Below, piece after piece: positions 14,087-30,182 of a stretch of DNA of 64,000 bases (position 1 is its first letter; each line of letters begins with the position of its first letter). The position numbers and the translations under genes are program-made. Below the pieces are notes generated by a model that saw nothing but the letters and a program-made list of their open reading frames with translations, ran no database searches and was not told the origin of the DNA. The DNA lies in assembly GCA_030770535.1 (NCBI GenBank), contig JASVEC010000020.1, positions 248,001 to 312,000 on the forward strand, written 5' to 3'. Origin of the DNA: Batkoa obscura (lineage: Eukaryota).

Positions 14087-14767
14087 TTAAGCTTGTTCTC
14101 CTTCTTTGTTGAAAACATAAGTGAGTCCACAACGACCACAATATTGACGATCCTTGTGCCATGCCATGAAGACACCTAATAATTAAATTAAATCTAACTA
14201 CAAAAAATAACTAATAATAATAATTACCAGCACCACAATCAGTGTTTGGACATTCACGACGAAGACGGGTAATTTTACCATCAGCATCAACTTTATAGAA
14301 CTTTAATACAGGAAGCTTGACCTTCTTCTTCTTGTGCTTAATTTTCTTTGGGGTAGTATAACTAAAATAAAATGATTTTTGATTAGTATCTTTTTTCACT
14401 TGACCTAGTTTAAATAAATCTTCGACACTAATTTAATTATAGGACACTTATTAAAGTGGGGTGAGATGTCCTAGAAAAAAGCGTGAAGTAAAAAAAAGCA
14501 ATAACTTTTCACTTACTTCTTCTTCTTTCTCTTCTTACCACCACCAAGAAGGTCAATAACCATATGAAGGGTGGATTCAGTAGAGATATTGTAATGAGCT
14601 AAGGTAAGTTCATCATCTAAAGATTTTTGAGCAAAAAGGAGGCTTTGTTGCTCACTTGGAATTCCAGAACAAGCTTCAACTTGAGCTTTAAGTTGGGCAA
14701 CGGTAGCATTTGAGTTTGCTTCAACAGCAAAACTCTTTCCGGTAAGAGTTTGGATCGAAATTTGCAT
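14087..14767 (-). CDS. RPS31: 40S ribosomal protein eS31/S27a with an N-terminal ubiquitin-LIKE (non-canonical) domain
   Basis: A 76-aa Ubl ending LLGG, then [24 protein letters not shown]...[31 protein letters not shown] (C4 zinc finger). Introns at 14362-14516 and about 14176-14227. Confidence 0.95.
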
Positions 14768-15342
14768 CCTTAAAAAAAGTCAACTAGATAAGCCAAAGTG
14801 AAGGAATATAAATAATGAATATTTACTTGGATGAAATTTAGCAAAGAGAAGGGATTTCAAAATTAAGAATTGATAAATTTTCTAATTTTTCAATATCATT
14901 TTTTTCATTTAGGTAGGGGAAAGAAAAATTTTCAATTATTGAGAGCCAATCAAAGCTTAAGTTGAAAGGATAAAATGACCATTTTTTTAAGTATTTTGCA
15001 AAAAATCGAGTTTATGCTAATTTTTTGCAATCTTTAAGCCCTAAATAATTCATATTTGAATCCAGTCAAATTTAAGACTGATTTATAGTTGTATCTGAAT
15101 TAACACAAAAATTATGAAATGTAGAAAAATTGAGATTAATTCAAAAAGAACAATTAAAAAGTTTGATGAGTTGAATTTGTCAAAGTAGTACAAAAGGCTC
15201 AGTTTTAAAAGCAGCTGGATTAAGTATTGATTTTTTAATTAGTATTGAAAACATTGATTTCAAAATTTCAACCACCATAATTTAATTCAGTTAATTTCAA
15301 AAAATAGTTATTCCCATTTTGTCATCTTTTTTATTTTTCAAT

Positions 15343-16966
15343 ATGAACAATTCCAACAATAGTAAACCAGGTATTCCGACCCATCGATTTGATACTAATG
15401 GTACTACTGAAAAACCAGTACCAAAAATATTAGATTCAACAACTAAATTAAGTGCTAAAGAAAGGATTGAACGATTTAAGAGATTAAGGTTAGAAAGGAT
15501 TACAAAGAGTAATAATGCATTAGAAGAGAAATTGAAATTATTAGGAGGAAAGAGTAACATTGTTAGTAATGTAGAGAAAATAAACGATAAGGGAAATAGA
15601 AATGGAGATAAGTGTAATGATAATGATGATAATAAGATTAATAAAATTAATAAAATCAACAATAAAAAGTATGATAATGGTAATAAAAATGAAATTGGTG
15701 ATATTAGTAAAATTAATAGTGCTAAGACTGTTAGTTTTAATGAGAACAACAATGGAACTAATATTAGTACCTTTAACAGAATAAGTAGTATAAGTACTAA
15801 TAGAATAAGTAATATCCATTCCAATAGAATAAGTACAAACAGTATCAATAGAACAAGCGTTATTAAAACAATTACTAGCAATAATAGTATAGCGAGGGAA
15901 AATCGATTCCAACTAAAAAGAGGTCAAGTTAATAATATCGGAAATAGTTCAACTAGTAGTGGGACAAATAGTAGGAATAATAGTTCAATAAAAGTTGGTT
16001 TAAATAATAAGAGTAATTCAATAACTAGTATAATAAATAATATCGCAAATGATAAAACTAGTACAATAAATAGTGTAACAATTAATAAGAATACTTTATC
16101 AAATAGTACAATAAAACTTGAAACTTGTTCTCAGCAACTTGATAGTATATTGAAATTAGCAAAACAAATGGATATTAAGGTAGGATTTTATTATTATTAT
16201 TAATCAAGAGCTGTAAATAATAATTAATCAAATTTATTTGATAGATATGTGATAAAAAAGAAAATCAAGAAAAAATAATGGTAGATGATTCATTAAAACA
16301 AATTAATGATTTAGAAGTCCAGGTTTATAAAGTAAGTTCTAAGTGTTCTATAGTTAATTGCATTAATAGTAATTCTATTTATAAATAGTTAAAATTGCAA
16401 CTTCAACGAGAACAAAAGAGGATTAGAAATCATGATTATTTTTCTATAGAAGCAAAAGGTAAGTGATGATGGGATATTCTGTATAGTTTTATTAGAATTA
16501 ATAGCTCATTTTTTATTGTTTTCATAGATAAACTTAAAAATCAGATATTTCAAATTGTATCTAATTTAGATCTATTATTACAAAATCAATCTAAATTAGT
16601 GGAATTATTTTTTAATAATTGCAATGAATCTATAATTACTGGGAATCATTTGGAAAATGATAATAATGATTATTTGATGTTAAATTTCAAATATCATAAG
16701 TAGGATTAAATATTATTATCATTATTAAAATAATAATAGTAATAATGTTTAGGATATTAATTAACTTGTTAAAATTAATTTGTAATAGTAGTTTAACAAC
16801 AGAAAAAGAAACGATTGAAGATTTACTAAATAAAAATAATAAAAATACTCAAGTAAGTTATTTCAATTTAACTAATTATAATTCACTAACAAAAAACTAG
16901 CTATTAACCCCTGCCGCCCTATTTGTCATAACTCATCATGTAAAATCCATAATATCAAATCTATAA
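15343..16966 (+). CDS. Asn/Ser-rich protein with C-terminal coiled coil, possibly augmin subunit HAUS2-like (multi-exon)
   Basis: The gene model is supported by in-phase GT-AG introns. The spliced C-terminal part (LKQINDLEVQVYK|LKLQLQRE...IVSNLDLLLQNQSKL...YLMLNFKYHK|ILINLLKLI) resembles the HAUS2 pattern from memory only. Confidence 0.4.
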
Positions 16967-17009
16967 AAAATAAAGTTGATTGATTTTTTAAATTTTATTT
17001 CATTTTATT

Positions 17010-20000
17010 TCATTCACAATTAATGATAATTTGATTACATGATTGAATACAATGATTTAATTGATCATTTAATTCGTTATTACTACCTTTTAATGTTGCT
17101 GAATATTCAATCAAATTTTTTAATACATTAGATAAGAATCTTCCTACATGATGAATGATATCTGGATTCTATTATAAAAAATAAATTAATACTTAAAACA
17201 AATCATAATATAAAATAATTAAAAACTTACTTTTGGATCAATTAAATTTAAACATTGTTCAATTACTTTTAATTTAATTGATGTACTTTGTTGAATTTGT
17301 TTAGTCATTAATTTAGATAATAATAATAATGTTTTTTGATTAAATTCACATTTATCAAATATTTGTTTTACTCCATATTCATTAAACATAATCAATACTG
17401 ATTTAATATCATTAGTTGTAATAGCCTAGAATAAAAAGTAAAAATAAAAATATTAGTTTAAAGCTATACAATTATTTCTTAGAAAATAATTACATCATCA
17501 AATATTTCTTTATCCCCACTTAATTCTTTAAATGTATCATTTGATTCGACTAGTGTTTTTTGTTCTTCAATATTTACCTTCTTGTTTAGTTGATTCTCAT
17601 TAATAAACTATAAATTAAAATTAATACCAATTTAAAAATGCAATATTAATATTATTACCTTATTACTATTATTATTTGTATTATTAATGTTTAGACTGCT
17701 AATATTATTATCACCATTATCATTATCATTGTTATTGTTGTTTCTATTATTAGGACTAAAGTTATTTTTATTCTTATTAAATCCTCCATTATTAATATTA
17801 TTATTTCCTACTGGACTATTATTAAAACTTAAATTATTGTTTAAAGCATTAATTAAATGAGATGGGGAGTTATTTAAATCGGGTCTAAATAAAGCACTTG
17901 GTGGTAAATTAGGTGGAGGTAAATTAGGATCATATCTCAATGGAGGGTTCATCAGATAAGGATTAAATGGAACTGGTGGTGGTACCTGTGGCAATTGAGT
18001 AAATTGATTCATTTGTTGCATACGTTTAAGCATTTCTTCTTGCTCTTTTTGAACTAAAATGTTAATTGATTAATTAATTATGTTGCATATGTCATATATT
18101 TATTATTTATAAGATTAATATTAATAACTTACTACTTTTAATTTGTTTAAAAAAGGAATTTTGCATTTGTTCGAACATAGCATTGGTTGCTTTTTGATAA
18201 GCTGGTATTAATATAGTTTCAAAATTACTACGAAAGGATTCAATAATCACATGTTGAACTTGATTAGTAATAGATTCTGATATAGTTTGTACAAAATCGG
18301 TAGAATCTAAGGCATCATATAAATGTTGTTTAATTAAATTATTAAAATATTCTTGAAATTCCTATAAAAATTAGATTAGTATAATAATAATAATAATAAA
18401 ATTAATGTTATTGTTTTCTTACATGACTTGAAAATACATTTTTAGCTGAATTACCAATTTCTTGATGTAATAATTTTGGTAAATTATCTCTTAAAGCTAA
18501 TTGAATAGATTGGGTTACTTTCGTTTGTACTTTACTAGTTATAGAATCGGGTAATAATTTAACTTCTTTTTCAAGGTTTTCTACAATTTTAGTTGGCCCT
18601 TCCAAACCTCTAGTTGTATGACTTAATGTAGTGGATACTCCTTTTCTGACTATAATTTATTTAAAATACAAAATTAGTTATATGTATATTTATAGTTATT
18701 GAATTATTTACCTAAATGTCCCACTTCATTTGTAAAATTTTGTACTAATTCACCCAATGCTTCGCCATCTAATTTGTTTGCTAATGAATTAACATTAAAA
18801 TTTTTAATCGGATTATTTTCTTTATCTGAGGATTGTTGTTTTAATAAAGTAGAATTTGAAACTAAAACAAAACACAAACGTTAATATAACAATATTTAAT
18901 AAAACAATAAAATAGAAATTACCACTTCTTTTTGGTTCTGAAGATCCAGAAGGTTGAGTAAATAAATCTAAATAATTTGGAGTATCTATTGCTTTCTCTT
19001 TATTTTCACGACTATTGTTTTCTTTAGTTAAATCTAAAGAATTGCTATGCGATTTAATTCTTCTGTCTGGTTTATTCATGGTACTTTCATTAATTTCATC
19101 TTGATTGCCTTATAATATTAAAAATTAATTAGTATATTTAAACCATTGTTATTAATTATTATTACCTTTAAATTTCAAATTTTCAGGCGATTTCATTGAA
19201 CCTAAATTACTTTTGATTGAAGGTGTTCGAGTATTTTTAGAATTATTTGGCGAATTTTTAGTTTTATTAAAAGTGTCTAAAAGGGAGGGTGGATTATTTT
19301 TATCATCATTAACTTCTATTTAAAATTATTATTACATATTAGTTTTATAAAACCTAATATTCTATTAAATTACCTTGTCTCGGAATTAAAATACATTTAT
19401 CTGGAATATCATTTAATGAAGCAACATCTTGAATAATTAAATTATTTAATCCAATAGCATATCTAGTAAATGCTTTTTGTTGTAAAATATAAGTTAGAAT
19501 AAAACTTTTATCCTCCTTTAAATGAGAATTTAAGCTATCTTTTGCAACACAAATTTCAATAAAACCTTCAGGAATAGCAATCTCAGTAACATAATCAAAT
19601 GTTGTTACACTTTCATTAAAGTGAAAGCATAATAATACTCTTCTTATATTGCATCCAACAAATAGCAATTTATTTTGATGTTCATAACATAAAGAATTAA
19701 AGCTAATAAATTTTGTATTAATTTTGAATTTAAACGTTTGAACGATTGTTGATTGTGTTAGATTATATAAGATTATATTGGTATTTTTATTAATACCAAC
19801 TATTAATATATCTTCTCGTTGTTTATTAACTACAAATTCTATATATGAGATTGAATGAATTTCGGATAATTGAATTGTTTTGTTGAATATCTGTTCTCCT
19901 TTATGTAACCCAATTATAGATACGACTCCATTTTCAAACCCAATGCCTAATAGATTACCATTGGGTGAAAATTTAATACACATTATTGGCTATAAAAAAT

Positions 20001-21417
20001 ATATTATCAATGATAATTATTAATGATATTAAAATGATTTACCTTATTACAATTAACTTCTAAAGCTTTTGAATAAATATCCTGTTCTTCTTCATAATTA
20101 AATGCATGTTTAAAATTGGTTTGAAACAATTTAACCCCTAATTCATTAGAAGCTAATACAAAAGAACCTAAACTAGCAGGATCCCAAGCGATATGAGTAT
20201 ACCATTTAGTATTTGATGGCATTGTTGAATTTTTAAAACGATAAAATAAATTATATTTAATTTCTCCTTTTTGTGTTGATTGATTATCAAAGGAATACAT
20301 ACTAACTGTAAAGTTAGAAGATAACGTCATTAAGTAACTTCTCTTTTCTTCAATTGTTTCATTTGATGGTTTCCATATGGCTATATCAATGATACTCTCA
20401 TCATGATCTTCAATTACTTGTTTTTTAGTACTGATTTCATTCCATATTCTTAACTTAGAATCTAGTTAATAATATAATTAACAATATAATTTATATTAAT
20501 ATTAATATTTTATAATATTGTAATATATTACCTGAATCTTTTGAATAAAAGCCAACTAATCCAAGACGAGTGAAAATAGAATTACCGTTAGGAAGTATCA
20601 TTTCACCATCATTACGAAAGATTGTGTGTTTACTTGGATTAATTTCTTTAATATTGGTCATATCAAATTTATTATGATCAAAAAATAAATCTTTATGTGC
20701 TATTTTATAACTATTTCGATCCATTTCTATTAATTTGTATTATATATTAATAAAGCACTTTTGGCACTAAATAAAAAATAATTAAACTTACCATTTGTCT
20801 TAACCTTAATATCATTTTCAGTAATGGTATTATTAGAACCATGAGATTGAGTATCTGAAAATGGTTCGTAAGAAGCCGCATCAAATGGATTAACATAAGA
20901 AAAGGGTGAATCACCCCTCTTTTTTTGTATATCAATCACTTTTTTAGTTTGTGGTGTTACTTTTTCCAAATTTTGATAGTCTAAACTTTTTTTATTTGCT
21001 TCTTCAGTTCTATATTAAAAAATAGCTTCAATTTTTATATTAATTTGAAATCAATAGGTGTTACCTTTGCTTTTCTTCCTCTTCATCAAACAAGTCATCA
21101 ATATTAATATTCGAGTATTTATTACCACCTTCTTCACTGGGACTTGTAAAAGCATTGTAACTTTCATTCTTTTGCTGATTACCACCCAACATTGAAAACA
21201 AGTTATTAACATTATTCAACATCTTTTCTTCTACAAAGTTAAGACTAGAACTATTATCATTCCTTTGGTTAAAAATGGATAAAAAAGATGTACTATTTGG
21301 ATTCTTTTTTCCTTCTAATTGTTTATTTTTTTCAACTTTCTCTTCTTCCATTCGATTTAAAAATTTACCAATTACTTCTTCAACGGGTATATCACTATCA
21401 GAACGATTTGTATTCAT
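17010..21417 (-). CDS. EDC4: EDC4/Ge-1/Pdc1-like mRNA-decapping scaffold (WD40 + helical C-terminus, multi-exon)
   Basis: WD40-like exons (CIKFSPNGNLLGIGFENGVVSI), a low-complexity linker, the helical motif SFRSNFETILIPAYQKATNAMFEQMQNSF, and a C-terminal LNQKTLLLLSKLM...KLKVIEQCLNLIDP resembling the Ge-1 C-terminal domain. Confidence 0.7.
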
Positions 21418-22056
21418 TCTTGTCTTTATTGAAGTTTCTTTTTTTATATTTCTTAAAGTTTTCTTAGTTAAAAAGTTGAATTTGTTAATTGTACGTTTCC
21501 TTTTATTTAATTTACTTATGCTGGTTAAACTAAAGCATCAGCTGCTTTTTGATTGGTGAAATCGAACCAATCAAGGACCATTAGCTGTAACAACCAACCC
21601 AATACTAAAATGTAATTTGCATGGAATTACATTTAATTTAATAAATTTTATAATTGACATTTAACAAATTAAAAAATTTCATTATATTTATGTTGTATTT
21701 CAAAATATTTTAAAGTACCTTATTGATCTTGTATAAACAATTTTTAAAAAGCTTTTATACTTTAATTTTGAGCTATTAAATTAGATACTGAGTTTGATCA
21801 AAAGTTTCAGTTTAATATAAAAAATATTATAAAATATTTTCATGTTTACATTTAATAATTGTAATAGAAAATCATATTAAAAGCATGCTTTTTATATATA
21901 GCACTTTAATATCAAGTATAAAAAGTCCATCCCCATATCCTAATAAACAATAAGTTTTATAACTAATTATTTATTTTATTATGTTAATTTAGAGCTAATT
22001 CATTTGCTTTGTATTTTAAAATAAACAGTTAGCTAAAATGTATCCAAGCTTGAGAA

Positions 22057-24010
<1,954 letters not shown>

Positions 24011-26436
24011 AGTAAGCTATAAACTACATAAAATAAAAAATATTATTACAAAATTTATACAAAATACTACAAAACTTAATAGCTTTATCAAAGTTTAATA
24101 TTAGGAAATAATTCAGTTAAAAAAGAGTGTATATAAAAAGCATGATAATAGTCATAATTTTTTACTATAATTGCTAAACATAGATATTAAAATAAAAAAA
24201 TAATATTTTTATAACTAAGTAACAAAAATTCTCATAGCAAATTAAATTAAAGGAACTTTGAATTAGTTATACTATATAAATCACAATTATGTTAATCATA
24301 AAACTGCAGTTAGTTTTATAAATAAATTAAGTGATTACTATGTTATAATCAATTATAGAGCTAATAAACCAATATCTTATAATTAATAAACTAAAGAATG
24401 TATTAAATTTTAATAGTTTAAATTTAAATATTTGCTTAAATATATATAAACTTATTTTTAAAATTAATAATCTTTTAAAATTATTATATTCCAAACTTTA
24501 TTTTAAATTTTTTGTTATGTTTTTAAATCACCACTTTATAAATATAATGATAATAATAAATAATTAAAAAAAACAGTTATTGTAAAAGAATCTAACTTTA
24601 AATTTAAATTGTTGAAAAAATATTTTAACAAATTTATAAAAAGGTATTTTTTTATTTAGAAAATTTTTGATAGCTTTTTTACTTAAATAATGATTAAAAG
24701 AATAAAGAAAGTGATAAAATAAAAAAACATTTTTGTATTGAATATGTTTCTACAATGAAATGCTTAATTTAATAATAAATTTATAAAATCTCATTTACTA
24801 ACTGGTCTGCTTTAATAGAAAATGATAAAACTACTAAGAAATTTTGTTTTTACTTTTCTATTTTTAATTTAAGTTATAGCTTCATAAACATTTAAGTATT
24901 ATAGTGTGATCAATTTTTTAACTAATTTTTTATACATTTTATTTTATATTAAGAAATTAAGCATTTTGTTAAAAATGTAACTAATGCATGCAATTAATAT
25001 TTTTTAAACATTAGCTAGTAAAAAAAGATGAAATTTATGGTATTAAATGTTATATATTTCATGCAAAATGTCAAATGATTCAAATGACTTAAAGTACTAT
25101 TAAGTGTAAAGTTCGCTATTTGATGTATTTTAGATAAATTGATAGGTGACTGGATATGGAAGTATAGTAAAGTAAATTTCTAATCCTATTATTTTACCTT
25201 TTTTTATATAAAAGCGGATTTAAAGGCTTGACAACCTATATTAAAACTTATTTGATTGAGTTATGCAGTTTGGTTTGTACTCTTAAAGTAAATTACTCTT
25301 TGACATATTCGGAATAATATTTTTTGAAATCATACTTGAAGAAAGTAGATATCCACATTCTATTATTAAAAATAACTAGGATTATATTTAAATTAACAAA
25401 ATTAATAAAATTACTATTATATCTGTATCATTATTTATTAACTTTATTTAAAACGATTTACAATAGTAAGAACAATGGTATTAAATGTATTTAACAACCA
25501 TTTATCAATATGGTGTCATTTTAGTTATTTATTGTTGATGATAATAAAGCTTAATAATAATTTATAATTTGTTAGCCTTAGTGACTATTTTATTTGATAG
25601 TAATGTGTTAAAGTATAATATAATTGGTATATGCTGCTAATAATGATATTATCTATAATAACTACAAATACAGTACAGTGTAGTACTATAAAATATAATA
25701 TTAACAATACAATGATAATAGTAATACTATTATAGTACTAGTACTAGTATGTAGATCAGATTGACACAAATGGTGATAAAATCTTACTTGACCTGATTCA
25801 TCTTTACTGTGTTATCATTTTACTAAAGAATTACAAATATTAAAATTTTACTTTAATTGGCTCGTTTGATTATTAATCTTCAAATATTATTAGCAATAAA
25901 AATAAACAAACAATTGTCTTTTAACTTGCTTTCAAATTATTTATGATATTATAAAATAGTTTTGCTTTACTTAGTATCTAATACGCTATTTAAAACTTAT
26001 TATAGTATGTTTCTATTAGATAAAGTGATAGTAATCTTCGTTTTGAATAAATCATGTTGTATTTATTCTGTTGAATTGCTTTCAAATTAGAAATCTGTCA
26101 AAGTAAATTAGCAAAGCTAGCTTGAAGATGGCGTGATTTTATAGTTATATTAGACCATTGAGATTAGGTCATTTTATAGTAAAGTACTGCAAGAGGCTGT
26201 GAAGTAAATGCTTTAATTACTAATTTTAGTATATATAAGGCTCTTATTATCTAATAATATAAAATTTGACAGATTTTATCTGCCATCTTAATGGAATATG
26301 ATGTTATCTTGGGGTTTAGTTTAAGAGTGAAAAAAGTATAAAAGAAACCAAATGGTACTTTATCAAAATTAAAAGAAAATCCTTTTTTATTTTAAATTAT
26401 TCCTATCATTTACTTTTGACTATTGTAATTGTAAAG

Positions 26437-27015
26437 ATGTCTACATATAATTCATACAACAATCTATTCAGGAATTGGGATTCTAAATTATATGAATCGA
26501 CTAGCCATAGTTACACTTCCTCATTTGATCACGCTTCCTCACCTAGTTATGATACAAAATCTCTTTGCTTAAGTGATAATAACAATGCTTCTACGTTTCA
26601 TCCTCCAACTAGCGCTTCCCTACATTCAACTTCAGAAGGATTATCATCTTATGATTATTCGGGGGATGGGCATCAAGTGAATAATATAAACATATTGTCA
26701 TCGCCTAAAATGAGCGATGAGCAAAAGAAGAAACCAAGTTATCGTCCATATAAAGCATCAGCTAGGCAATCAAATAACAACAACTCAATAATCAAAAAAA
26801 GACCCAATTTCCCTAAAGCAACAATCGATTATTTGGAAAATTGGTTATACACTCATCTTCATGATCCGTTCCCAACTGAAAAAGAAAAAGACCAAATTGC
26901 TGCTGCAACTGGTGTATCTGCTTCTCAATTAAGTCATTGGTTTATTAACGCACGTAGAAGGCGTATTCAGAAGAAAGTACTGGAGGATGGTACTAGGCAG
27001 TGGGTTAGAGTATAA
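26437..27015 (+). CDS. TALE-class homeodomain transcription factor (Cup9/Tos8/TGIF-like)
   Basis: KKRPNFPKATIDYLENWLYTHLHDPFPTEKEKDQIAAATGVSASQLSHWFINARRR shows the three-amino-acid loop extension and WFIN helix 3. Intronless; ATG at 26437. Confidence 0.92.
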   Translation: MSTYNSYNNLFRNWDSKLYESTSHSYTSSFDHASSPSYDTKSLCLSDNNNASTFHPPTSASLHSTSEGLSSYDYSGDGHQVNNINILSSPKMSDEQKKKPSYRPYKASARQSNNNNSIIKKRPNFPKATIDYLENWLYTHLHDPFPTEKEKDQIAAATGVSASQLSHWFINARRRRIQKKVLEDGTRQWVRV

Positions 27016-27823
27016 TGGTCGTATTATATTCATTTAAATTATTTTTCCTTCTCTTTAATTATTAAAAATAAAATTAATTACTATTTATAAATCATTGTAC
27101 ATTTAATTATAGAGTTTGTCATTTTTCATCTGTTTCTGTTTAAGGTTTCAATAGTTGATAGTAAACAGCAATACTTTTACATGAAACTGTTCAGTGTTTC
27201 CCACTAGCACTGTATAAAACAATTCACATTTTTCAGGCTAAATTTTTTATAAACTCCATAAAAGTTTAACACATTAGAAATAATCTATTTCATTTAGTAA
27301 TGGGTTTATAAAAGAAATACAGTCCGTTTTATGAATAACAATAGTTTTTGATTAAAAAAGAATATAAGTGTTCTCGGATGCAATAACATATATATTTAAT
27401 ATCTAAAAATGAGAGTTATTTTTCAGTGAATACATTTTGATACCGCAATTCTATATCCCTACCATTAATTTTGGTAAAAAGTCTGAAGTTATTTATGAAA
27501 TGCCTTTAACCAAAATAATTGGTGAAGGATTTGAAAAATATATCATGATTATAATTCAGATTATACATTGTTCAAAAAGATAACTGTAGAGTAAGCAGCC
27601 TATTTTTAATATTAGAACTGTAGGCTATTCCTACAAAGTGGCTTTATTTTTTAAAATATAGAGTGTGGGAAAACGATCTGAGTATGGCTTTTGTTTAAGA
27701 ACTCCCAAAAAATTCCTCTTATAGGCGCTTGAAAAATAGACAAACAAATGAAGCAAGAAATGACAGGCACAAACTACTTTTTATAGAAATTATATTGTGT
27801 CAAAGTTATTTTTTTGAAAATCA

Positions 27824-27928
27824 ATATGGGGATGTATTTTTATGTTTAAGAATTTGCTAACGATCTTTCCGTCCAAATACCGCTTAAAAGATAGAAAAGT
27901 AATGAAATCAAGAAAAACATCCCCATAT
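27824..27928 (+). mobile_element. MITE family 1 copy (an older degenerate copy lies at about 27680-27760)
   Basis: Full length, with ATAT flanks. Confidence 0.9.
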
Positions 27929-30182
27929 AATACTTTATGAACTGAACATGATCAAAGGATCCATAGTAGGGAGTCTGTAAAATATATTGCCCCTCTCATT
28001 TAGAGTGAAATGTTTTATGAGCTATTGTGACTTTATAAATATAATCAAAGTCTAAAGTTATTTATTTATCCCTTTAAGAGTATGTTAATACTTATATACA
28101 ATAGTAAAGTAGGATGGGGAGATTATGGTATACTTGAAGTTAAGGGATACTATACAGTCTTTTGAAATCGTTCATTTAATAGCTTCAAGTTATCCAGAAG
28201 GAAATTTATGCGATTATCAAAACTGCATTTCATCATATCACGAAATAATTCATGTTTCTGACTCGTTAATTGTCAAGCTTGAGTATTTAATCAAATCTCT
28301 CAGATTGATTTTCATGTTTTGAAAAGTATTTGAGTATCAAAACAAACAAGTTCTTGTGAAGTTGTTTATCGGAAAAAATCTGTTCTAAAGAATTCGACAC
28401 TCAAAAATAAAATAATAGAAATTAGCTTGAAATTTAGTATTATCTGATAATTCCATTGCTTTCTTAGCCCTTTAGACCCTCGGATTACCTTTGATTGTCT
28501 AAGTTTAGCTCGTTCTTGATATCGAGTAAAGATGATATCAAGTTAATTAGTAAGTATAGGAAAGATTATGCATTACCTATAGTACCAGACAATACATAAC
28601 TAAGTATCTTTCTCAGGATACTTCAAATAGTAACACATGCTCTATTATTATTTACAATTGACTATCTGTAAGTCAGCTGTTTTGATTTAAAGGCTACGTA
28701 CTTTTATTTTTTAACTGGTACTTGATGCCTAACTCATAAATAAATGTCTTTTATATTATTACAAGGGTACTCAATAAAATAAGCAGTATATTGTACTATT
28801 TTGGATAATATAGCCCTTTCGTTTACTTATATAGCTTATAAGCTATATCCTAAAGAATATATTTGGTAATTGTAGTGGTTTTCTCACTAAAGGTCATTCT
28901 AATCTAATATTCACCCATCTATATAGCATCTTTTATATTTAGCTTAAAGCTTACATATATACTTTCTCACTAATTTCCTTGATCATAAAAGTAACCTGTT
29001 TTATTGAAACGCAAGAAATTGATGCTATCTTATATCGTATCATCACTTTAATGGTTGATCTTTCTTTTTCATTCAAAAAAAAGCATTTATATCGTTGTAA
29101 TTAACAGAGAGTCTTTTCAATATAACCTCATTGAATATTTCTTGGTTACTCAACAGCAATAGTATGACCTTTTTAATGTTGACTTCTACATCAATATTTT
29201 AAGAAACATTGATGTTTTTTTAATTTCTTTTGGTAGGGCTACTTGTTTATCCTCTTATGTATACACTTTATCATATTCATACACATTATTTAAATAATGG
29301 TTATAATACTCGTTTCATCTTTTTCTTGGATACCTATTTTGTTATCCCCTGCTATACTGAATTTATCTACATTTTGAGTCACTTTCGATCCATTTTTTCT
29401 TTAGAATAATACTCGTCGAAGTACTACAGCTCATAGATAATATTTCTGCCAATTTTCTGATTGAATCTCCTTGCTTACTTACCGAATTTTAATAAGCTCC
29501 ATATCTCATCCTATATATATTTAGTTATAGTGTTAAACCTTTTTAATCTCCCATCCTTTTGTATATTTGTTTTTTCCAAGTTTTCTGATTATTTCAGGTC
29601 CTTTTTTTTATAAAATAACATTCATTGGAGCACAGTAGTTATAACGATTGTCCTGCCACTCCTTAGTTGTTCTTTGTTTTGTTCCACAGTTAGCACAAAT
29701 TCTTACAAGTTCCATCGGATATCTCATTATACATTCGAATAATATCATCTTTTTAATTTATCATTGTCTCGTTTGATTGCTTCTTTATGATTGTACAGAT
29801 AAATTGCATTCAAAACTAAGTTAAAAACAATGTTCTAATCTAAGGATTGGATTTTTGGTTTTATTTGTTTATTAGATACCTTTATAAATTGAGAGTTTGG
29901 CTAAATAGCAGTCAGAAAGGCTCAAATTATTGTGAATTACGAACTGCTATGTTTTGTTCTTGATGCCATGTGTATTAACCTTTTTCTATGATCATTTTGG
30001 TATGGCAATAAAAAACCTCTACCAAAGTTTATGGTTGAATATTAAAAGCATTTGAAAGTAAAACGAAACCCAATCAAAAAAGCAAACATGCAATAAACCT
30101 GTAAAACGTTTAGGATAAATTATAAGTATTCTATTTATTATAAATAGTTCTATTTGTAAATAGCATCTTCTGTTCAATAAAA

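Noticed and set aside
15297..15912. Hydrophobic ORFs 15297-15881, 15541-15912 and 15602-15784
   Set aside because: Shadow frames of an AAT-rich coding exon. The same applies to 5800-6018, 6136-6378, 21275-21559, 35824-36123 and 60652-60864.
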